Positions 26,693 through 33,676 of a stretch of DNA of 64,000 nucleotides are shown here, piece after piece (positions within the stretch are counted from its first letter, which is position 1; each line of letters opens with the position of its first letter). The stretch covers positions 6,009 through 70,008 of the forward strand of contig CAZKBQ010000009.1 of NCBI GenBank assembly GCA_964550855.1, written 5' to 3'. Under the pieces are notes generated by a model that was not told the origin of the DNA, did not search any database, and saw only the letters and a program-made list of their open reading frames with translations. The translations under genes were made by a program, and so were the position numbers. Source of the stretch: an uncultured Anaerolineae bacterium (GTDB taxonomy: Bacteria > Chloroflexota > Anaerolineae > Fen-1058).

Positions 26693-28999
26693 ATGTTCAC
26701 ACGTCGTCTGGCTGTCCTGGCCGTGATCGTTTCGATCGCACTGGGGCTGCTTCCCCCCTATCACACATCGGCCGCGCCGTCGTCGCAGTCGGGCAATCTT
26801 TTGACGAATGGCAACTTTGAGGGCGCGTTTCCCCAAGTCAACTCCAAGGCGCAAGTCGCGGCTGGCTGGACGCCGTTCTGGCTGTCGGGGGAGCCTCCAG
26901 AATTGTATCGACAGCCCACTTATGAACCCAGCGCCAACTGTTCCAAGACGTGCGATCACCGGATTCATTCGGGTGGTAACGCGCAGCGCATGTTCCAGTT
27001 TTTCGGCGCGTATCAGGCCGGCCTGTATCAGGTGGTCAATGTGCCGGAGAACGCCGATCTGCGCTTCAGCCTGTTCGCGCAGGGCTGGTCGTCGGAAGCG
27101 GACAACCCGGAGAATGTGTCCGTCAACGGCACGGACATGCGCATGCGCATCGGCATCGATCCGCTGGGCGGCACCAACCCACAAGACCCGCGCGTGGTCT
27201 GGTCACAGCCGGTCAATGCGCTGGATTCCTGGTATCAGTTCACCGTGTATGCACGGGCGCAGGGCACCCGCGTGACGGTGTTTGCGCTGGCCGCCCCCTT
27301 CGACGCGCGCCGCAAGAACGAAGTTTACTGGGACGACGCAGAGCTGATCGCCTTGAGCGGCGATCTGCAAGCGACGGCGCAGGCCAGCTATCCCACGCCC
27401 ACGCCGCTGCCGTTTGTGCCCACCCCCACGCCGGTCAGTGTGGCGCTGGGGCAGAATTTGCTGACGGATGGCGGCTTTGAAGGCCCGCTCTATATTCCGT
27501 GCAGCCTCAACGATCTAATACCGTGGCGGCATATTTCGTGCGACGGGCTGGACCTTGACGAGCGCCTGCCCGACGGCCGCCGCAAGTACCGCATGTGGAA
27601 CACGGTGCAAGTGCCCATTGGCTGGAAGGGCTGGTGGCTGACGCCCAACAACGATCACGCCGCCCGCGATTATTACAGCAATCACCCCGCCAACTGCTAC
27701 GAAGATGCGCCGGAGGGCTGCGTGGCGTGGCACAATCCCGAATTTCGCGACACAAAGGGTATTGTGTTGGGACCGTCGCGCATCCGATCCGGCACCAACT
27801 CGGTGAAGTATTTTACGTTGTGGAGCGCGCACGAGGCCGGCTTGTTGCAAACAGTGGCCGTGCCGGCAGGCACCACGGTGCGCTTTGGGGTGTATATGCA
27901 GGCGTGGTCGTCTGACAACGATCCCCGCGAGGAATTTCCCAACACCTATCTGTCAGCCGGGCAGACTAGTATGCACATGAAGGTCGGGATCGATCCGTAC
28001 GGCGGTGATGATCCATGGAGCCCCAACATCGTGTGGTCCACCGAGCACGATTCGTATGATAGCTGGGGATATTACGAAGTCCGCGCGGTGGCGCAGACCG
28101 ATAAAGTAACGGTATTTACGCACTCCATGCCGGAAAAGGGCCTTAAGCATAATGACGTGTACGTGGACGACGCCGAATTGGTGGCCATCGACGGCGCGAC
28201 GGCCTTCTCACCGCCGGCTGCGCCAGAACAACCCGCTGCGGCGCCCAGTGCACCCAGTGTACCCAATGTATCTGCGGCCGCGGCGCCCACCGCGTTGCCA
28301 CGCCCCAACGGCGCGCTGGTGCACATCGTGCAGGCCGGCGATACCGTCTTTGGCCTGTCGCTGCAATACGGCGTGCCCATGGACCAGATCTTCCAGCTGA
28401 ATGGGCTGACCAAGGATTCGTACCTGCTCGTCGGGCAGGAGCTGATCATCGCGGGCGGCCAACCCACTGCGCCTGCCACCTCCGAGTCAACGCCGACGGC
28501 AGAGTCCGTATCCGTCGAGCCAACGCCCACGCCCACGCCGCTGGCGGTCGCGGCGGCCAATCCCGCGGCGGCGCTGTTGTGCGTGCGCGCCTTTGAAGAC
28601 ACTAATGCCGACGGTGTGTACGAAGATCGCGACGCGCTGATCCAGGGCACAGTCTTCAACGTAAGCAACGCGCAGGGCAAGCCGGTGGTCAGTTACACCT
28701 CTGACGGGGTGAGCGAGCCTCACTGCTTTACGCGCCTGCAGCCCGGCAACTACACCATCTCGATTGAACCGGCGGCCGATACGACGGCCACTTCCGATCG
28801 GCGCTGGAGCGTAACGCTGCTGCCGGGAAGTACCGTTAACGTGAACTTCGGCAGCCGGCTGAGCACTGTGCCGTCTTCTAAAACTACGACGGCGGGCGAC
28901 GGGGCGGGCGCGGTGACCACGGCGGGTATCGCCGTGCTGGTGATGGCAGGCCTGGGCTTCTGGCTATGGCAGCGCCGACGTAAGCCGGCGCTGATGTAG
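26693..28999 (+). CDS. Secreted multidomain protein: two CBM4_9-like modules, LysM, SdrD-B/Cna-B-like domain, C-terminal TM anchor
   Basis: 768 aa with a signal peptide. Duplicated NLLTNGNFEG... / NLLTDGGFEG... modules each end in VYWDDAELIA / VYVDDAELVA. LysM: VHIVQAGDTVFGLSLQYGVPMDQIFQLNGL. Also CVRAFEDTNADGVYE...GNYTISIEP. The tail is AGIAVLVMAGLGFWLWQRRRKP. Confidence 0.8.
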   Translation: MFTRRLAVLAVIVSIALGLLPPYHTSAAPSSQSGNLLTNGNFEGAFPQVNSKAQVAAGWTPFWLSGEPPELYRQPTYEPSANCSKTCDHRIHSGGNAQRMFQFFGAYQAGLYQVVNVPENADLRFSLFAQGWSSEADNPENVSVNGTDMRMRIGIDPLGGTNPQDPRVVWSQPVNALDSWYQFTVYARAQGTRVTVFALAAPFDARRKNEVYWDDAELIALSGDLQATAQASYPTPTPLPFVPTPTPVSVALGQNLLTDGGFEGPLYIPCSLNDLIPWRHISCDGLDLDERLPDGRRKYRMWNTVQVPIGWKGWWLTPNNDHAARDYYSNHPANCYEDAPEGCVAWHNPEFRDTKGIVLGPSRIRSGTNSVKYFTLWSAHEAGLLQTVAVPAGTTVRFGVYMQAWSSDNDPREEFPNTYLSAGQTSMHMKVGIDPYGGDDPWSPNIVWSTEHDSYDSWGYYEVRAVAQTDKVTVFTHSMPEKGLKHNDVYVDDAELVAIDGATAFSPPAAPEQPAAAPSAPSVPNVSAAAAPTALPRPNGALVHIVQAGDTVFGLSLQYGVPMDQIFQLNGLTKDSYLLVGQELIIAGGQPTAPATSESTPTAESVSVEPTPTPTPLAVAAANPAAALLCVRAFEDTNADGVYEDRDALIQGTVFNVSNAQGKPVVSYTSDGVSEPHCFTRLQPGNYTISIEPAADTTATSDRRWSVTLLPGSTVNVNFGSRLSTVPSSKTTTAGDGAGAVTTAGIAVLVMAGLGFWLWQRRRKPALM

Positions 29000-29016
29000 A
29001 CGCGCGGCGGCCGGCA

Positions 29017-29054
29017 AAATTTACGCGGAACCTCGGGCGAGGTTCCGCGTTTTG
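29017..29054. terminator. Bidirectional intrinsic terminator between convergent genes
   Basis: 12-bp stem ACGCGGAACCTC / GAGGTTCCGCGT with a 4-nt loop. It is flanked by AAAATTT on one side and TTTTG on the other. Confidence 0.75.
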
Positions 29055-29066
29055 CATGTCGTCAGA

Positions 29067-31256
29067 TCAGCGCACGGTCGCGGGCAGGAACAGGGCGTGA
29101 GATAGCGGAAGCGCCTGCACCACGTTGGATGTATCCAGCGCCGTCGGGCCGGTACTCATCGCCTGCACGGTAACCGTGTATGGCAGACCGTCAGTCAGAC
29201 CAGTCAGCATCAGGCCGGCTGCTAAGCCGACTTCGATGGTCGTCCCTTCGTTAGGCGGGGCGGCGTCGGCAGAAGGTTCTACTGTCACGAGGTAATGATC
29301 GACCTGGGCGGCCAGGTGCGGCTCGGTCAGCCATGAAGCATACAGCCGCCCATGGCCGACGGGGGCAGCCACCAGAACCATCGGCAAGTATTCATCTGCG
29401 CCGATATCGGGCGGCGCCAACAATGTCCGAGATTCACCGTCGATGTCGATGGTCAGTCCGCTGCCTACCGCCGCGTCGCGCGCCGCAGACCGGCCAAAGA
29501 TGTGATAGTCAAAATCGGGCGCGCCAGGCGATACAAAATTCGCCGTGCCGGTAATCATCGTCTCCAGCCCCGTTATCACGCCGCGATAGGCGACGTTGAT
29601 GTTGGTTTCGGGAAATTGATTGTTGCTCCACAAGCCGCGGGTCAGAGTAACGATCGATCCGGGCTGCACGTGGAGGGCGTGCCCTGCACCGATGTGTTCG
29701 ATGCCGCCTGCATGATCGGCAAACAATGTGTAATCGAACACCACGCGCGACTCCGGCATGGTGGGCTTGACGGGGCCAATCACGATGGCGCCCGGCGCAA
29801 ACAGGCCGTCGCTAACGGTGTTGCCGGCGATGGTGGTATGCGAGATTACACCGGCCATGCCTTGAAGCCACAGACCGCCGCCACCGCCGCCATAGATCGT
29901 ACCGGTGATGGCCAACAGGGCGTGGTTGGAGCCGATGATGCTGTTTTTGAGGATGACGTTGCCAAAGACTGGATCGAAGTGCGTAAAGGCCAATCCACCG
30001 CCGCCCACCGGCCCCCGATAGTAACCGCCGTTGCCGCCGCGCGCCACATTGTTGACAACCAGCGCTCGATCCATGGCGACATTAGCATCATCGGATTGCA
30101 GCGCGCCGCCTTCGGCAATGGCCGCGCCCGGCGTTGGATTAAGGCCGTCGCCGCCCTGCGCCAGATTATCGCGCAGTACGGTATCCACGTATTGAGCCTG
30201 GCCGTGTTCAAGGTAGAACGCCCCGCCGAAGGCGCCGCCGGCATCCCCGTTGGGCGCATTGCCGCCCAGCGCCCGATTGCCGATGGCCGTAACGTGAGAG
30301 AAGTTGGCCACGGAGCCGTTGTAGAACGCGGCCGCGCCGCCCTGCGCGTCGGCGTAGAGGTAGTATTGAAAAGAATCGAACCACTCGCGGCCGGAGCCGT
30401 TGGTGTCGCCGGCCTGCGCCAGATTGTTGGTAAACGTGACGTACGAGGCGCTGACGATGACGCTGTAGACGTGCAGCGCGCCGCCCACTGCCACGCCGCC
30501 CAGGTTTTGGCCGCGCCCACCTTGCGCCACGTTGTCCTCGAATCGCACGTTTTCCAGCAGGTTGAAAGTGGGCGGCGACAGGTAATTGCTCATCGATAAA
30601 GCGGCGCCCACCGCCCGCCCGCCGATGGTCATATCCACCGCGCCGCCCTGCGCGCGGTTGTTGCGGAAGATCAGATTGCGCAGCGTGAGCGATGAATAGA
30701 CCGACTGTATGGCGCCCCCGTAAGCGGAAGTCTCGACTATCGAGCCGTAGTACACGCCTGCTGCCAGGCAGTTTTGCAGGATGAAGCCTTCCAGGCGCAG
30801 GGCCGAACTCTTAACCAGGATACCGCGATTCTCGCCTCCACCGTCGATGATAGTGGGATAGCGCTCCCAATCGGCAGTCGTCCAGTCATCGCCTGAGTAT
30901 CCGCCCAAAATCGTGAGGTCTTTCTTGTTGATACACAATACCGCCGTGGTGTAGCCCAAGTCATAGCATTTGACCTGATTGGGTGGCAGCCGGTACGTGC
31001 CCTGCGCCACCAGGATTGTATCGCCGGAAACCGCGCGGGTGAGGGCGTAGCTGATCGATCGACAGGGCATCTCAGGCGAGCCACAATCTCGATCGTCAAG
31101 GCCGGTGGTCGAAACGCGAATCGTGCCGGTGCCGCGTTGTGACGCGACGGGCGGCACGCTGGAAGTCAAGAGCATCAGCGCAGCGCCAATCATCATGCCC
31201 GCCAGGAAAGGGCGGAACGATCGGGAATGCCAGAAGAGCGTCAGGAGGGTTTTCAA
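29067..31256 (-). CDS. Secreted right-handed parallel beta-helix protein (choice-of-anchor-Q-like) with C-terminal Fn3-like domain
   Basis: 729 aa if it starts at TTG 31256 (ATG 31196 is the alternative). Signal anchor present. N-terminal cap CGSPEMPCRSISYALTRAVSGDTILVAQGTY. Many Gly/Asn-rich beta-helix coils (NN.A.GG). DIGADEY motif, then an Fn3-like tail. Confidence 0.85.
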   Translation of the reverse strand: MKTLLTLFWHSRSFRPFLAGMMIGAALMLLTSSVPPVASQRGTGTIRVSTTGLDDRDCGSPEMPCRSISYALTRAVSGDTILVAQGTYRLPPNQVKCYDLGYTTAVLCINKKDLTILGGYSGDDWTTADWERYPTIIDGGGENRGILVKSSALRLEGFILQNCLAAGVYYGSIVETSAYGGAIQSVYSSLTLRNLIFRNNRAQGGAVDMTIGGRAVGAALSMSNYLSPPTFNLLENVRFEDNVAQGGRGQNLGGVAVGGALHVYSVIVSASYVTFTNNLAQAGDTNGSGREWFDSFQYYLYADAQGGAAAFYNGSVANFSHVTAIGNRALGGNAPNGDAGGAFGGAFYLEHGQAQYVDTVLRDNLAQGGDGLNPTPGAAIAEGGALQSDDANVAMDRALVVNNVARGGNGGYYRGPVGGGGLAFTHFDPVFGNVILKNSIIGSNHALLAITGTIYGGGGGGLWLQGMAGVISHTTIAGNTVSDGLFAPGAIVIGPVKPTMPESRVVFDYTLFADHAGGIEHIGAGHALHVQPGSIVTLTRGLWSNNQFPETNINVAYRGVITGLETMITGTANFVSPGAPDFDYHIFGRSAARDAAVGSGLTIDIDGESRTLLAPPDIGADEYLPMVLVAAPVGHGRLYASWLTEPHLAAQVDHYLVTVEPSADAAPPNEGTTIEVGLAAGLMLTGLTDGLPYTVTVQAMSTGPTALDTSNVVQALPLSHALFLPATVR

Positions 31257-31277
31257 GGGCCTCGATTATATTCACAC

Positions 31278-31317
31278 AAAAAAAATCGACCTGTCAGGCG
31301 ATTCTGACAGGTCGATT
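31278..31317 (-). terminator. Rho-independent terminator of 31353-33503
   Basis: 14-bp stem AATCGACCTGTCAG / CTGACAGGTCGATT. On the minus strand it is followed by TTTTTTTT. Confidence 0.8.
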
Positions 31318-31352
31318 GTAGGTCAAGACTCGACCAGGGTCAAGCGTTGATT

Positions 31353-33503
31353 TTAGCGAAAAGTACCGGGCAGTCTTACCGCATATGGATACGGTGTGGC
31401 CGGGGTCGCATTGGAGCTGTCCAGCAGCGTATTGGAACTGTTGTAAGCCGCCAGCGTGAAGACATATTCCCGACCGTTGGTTAAGCCGGTCAAAGTCAGC
31501 GTCGATTTCAGGCCAACGTTGATCGTCGAGCCTTGAGCGGGCGGCGTGGCGCCGGGCGGCGTGACGACCGTGATGACGTAGTGATGGGTGCTGGCGGCCA
31601 GCAGATCGTTGGTCAGCCAGCTGAGTGTGATGCGACCGCTGCCGGTGGGGGCCGCGCCGAACACAAACGGGATATACTCGTCGGCACCGATGTCGGCCGG
31701 CGCAAATTCCGTGCGCGATTCGACATCCAGGTCCACCTGGTCGTCGCTATCCACGGCCTGGTTGCGCGCGGCCGAGTTGCCCAGGATATGATAGTTGTAG
31801 TCGGGCGCGCCCGGCGACGCGAAGCGGGCGGCGCCGCTGAGCATGGTGCCCAGACCGTTGATGGTGCCTGCCGCGTAACCGCCGCTGTTGGTGTTGAGCG
31901 TGTTGTTGCTCCACAGGCCGCGCTTCAGGTTGATGGTGCTGCCCGCCTGAACATAGACCGCGCCGCTGCCGCCGGTGTGATCGGCAATGATCAGGTAATT
32001 GGCGTTAACGGTGGTGCCCGCGGCCGGCCCATACGGCCCGATGACCACTATCCCTGATCCGACCAGCCCACTATCGACGGTGTTGCGCGCCAGCGTCGAA
32101 TGGGTGAGATTAACCGTCAACCCTTGCAACCACAATCCGCCGCCGCCGCCGCCCTGTAGCTGCCCGGTCGTGGCCAGCTGTACACGATTGTCGGCAATGA
32201 TGCTGTTATTGACGTTGATCGTGAAATTGGAGGATTCAATACCGGTGAACGAAGCGCCACCGCCGCCCGCCGGCCCTTTGTACACGGTTCCATTGCCGCC
32301 GCGCACGGTGTTGTTGATGATGGTCACTCGCTCCAGCGTGATATTGGCATCATCGCTGTGAAACGCCCCGCCTTCGGCCAGGCCGCCCGCGCCGGCAGCG
32401 GTGTTCGCACCGTCGCCGCCCTGGACCAGATTGTCACGCAATTCGGCATCGCGCAACGTTGTGTTGGCGTGTTCCACATAGAAGGCCCCGCCAAACGCCG
32501 CGCCCGATGTCCCGTTGGGTGTATTGCCGCCGAAAACCTGGTTGCCTGTGGCGGTCACGTACTGAAAATCGCCGACGGAATCGTTGTAGATCGACACGGC
32601 GCCGCCCTGCGCATCAGAATAGATGTAACCGCCCAGACCGCTGCCGTTGGATGAACCCGACTGCGCCACGTTGCCGGTGAAGGTGAGGCGCCGGCCGGTC
32701 ACATACACCCGATAAGCGTGCATGGCCCCGCCGATGGCATTGCCGCCGCGCTGCACGCCGGTGCCGCCGATTGCCGAGTTGTTCTCAAAGACCACATTGT
32801 CCAGCCAGACGTTGTACGGCGTCGTTCCGAAATTGTTGAACGCTAAGGCCGCGCCTACAGCGCTCCCGCCATATTCCAGATTGGTGTTACCGCCACGCGC
32901 CTGGTTGTGGCGGAAGATCATGTTGCGCAGTGTGATCGGCGCGAGCGTGGCCGACATTCCGCCGCCATAGGCGTGAATCGCCAGTTCAGTACCGCTGGAT
33001 GCGCCCTGCGCCAGACCGTCCTTGATGATAAAACCTTCCACCCGATAAGTGCCGTTCTGTAGCGCCATGCCGCGATATTGGTTCTGGCCGTCAATAACGG
33101 TGAGATACCGCGCCGGATCGGCCGCCGTCCAATCGTAACCCGAATACCCGCCCAGGATCGTCAGGTCTTTGCCGTTCACACACACCACTGCGCTGGTCAC
33201 ACCAAAGTCAGGGCAGGGCGTCGTCGGCGCGCTGGCTGCATCGTACGTGTAGACCCCTTCCGCCACCAGCACCGTGTCGCCCGACAGCGCGCGGCGGGTG
33301 CCATACTGGACTGTGCGGCACGGATTCTGCTCGGAGCCGCAGCTCTGATCATTCTGCCCCCACGGAGCCACCCGCACGATGCCGGTTCCGCGCTGCGCAT
33401 ATGAGATCGGTGTGTTGACGCTCAACGCGGCGGTCAGCAAACTGACCACCATTCCAACGATGGCGATTCTTGATAAGGTGTATTTGGGTGCTCTGGTATT
33501 CAT
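31353..33503 (-). CDS. Secreted right-handed parallel beta-helix protein (paralog of 29067-31256)
   Basis: 716 aa from ATG 33503 (MNTRAPKYTLSRIAIVGMVVSLLTAAL). CGSEQNPCRTVQYGTRRALSGDTVLVAEGVY cap. Colinear with its neighbour (roughly half the residues identical by eye), including GGGGGGLWLQG and DIGADEY. Confidence 0.85.
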   Translation of the reverse strand: MNTRAPKYTLSRIAIVGMVVSLLTAALSVNTPISYAQRGTGIVRVAPWGQNDQSCGSEQNPCRTVQYGTRRALSGDTVLVAEGVYTYDAASAPTTPCPDFGVTSAVVCVNGKDLTILGGYSGYDWTAADPARYLTVIDGQNQYRGMALQNGTYRVEGFIIKDGLAQGASSGTELAIHAYGGGMSATLAPITLRNMIFRHNQARGGNTNLEYGGSAVGAALAFNNFGTTPYNVWLDNVVFENNSAIGGTGVQRGGNAIGGAMHAYRVYVTGRRLTFTGNVAQSGSSNGSGLGGYIYSDAQGGAVSIYNDSVGDFQYVTATGNQVFGGNTPNGTSGAAFGGAFYVEHANTTLRDAELRDNLVQGGDGANTAAGAGGLAEGGAFHSDDANITLERVTIINNTVRGGNGTVYKGPAGGGGASFTGIESSNFTINVNNSIIADNRVQLATTGQLQGGGGGGLWLQGLTVNLTHSTLARNTVDSGLVGSGIVVIGPYGPAAGTTVNANYLIIADHTGGSGAVYVQAGSTINLKRGLWSNNTLNTNSGGYAAGTINGLGTMLSGAARFASPGAPDYNYHILGNSAARNQAVDSDDQVDLDVESRTEFAPADIGADEYIPFVFGAAPTGSGRITLSWLTNDLLAASTHHYVITVVTPPGATPPAQGSTINVGLKSTLTLTGLTNGREYVFTLAAYNSSNTLLDSSNATPATPYPYAVRLPGTFR

Positions 33504-33603
33504 TTGCCCGCTCCAATTTTCTAACCTTTGTAAACAACCACGACACAAGTCTAACCTTATGATACACCGACCTCAATAGAGAGGAAGTCATGTTGAGGCG
33601 ATC

Positions 33604-33652
33604 CCAACACTTTCCCAACGGTACTTTAATCCTACGCCAACATTTTGCCAAC
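33604..33652 (-). promoter_or_regulatory. Helically phased direct repeats (4 x GTTGG on the minus strand) upstream of the beta-helix gene
   Basis: On the plus strand, CCAAC occurs at 33604, 33615, 33637 and 33648 (spacings 11, 22, 11 nt), as CCCAAC-N5-CCCAAC and GCCAAC-N5-GCCAAC. This lies 101-149 nt upstream of ATG 33503. Confidence 0.4.
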
Positions 33653-33676
33653 GCTTTCCAGCGCGTTCAGCGGCGG

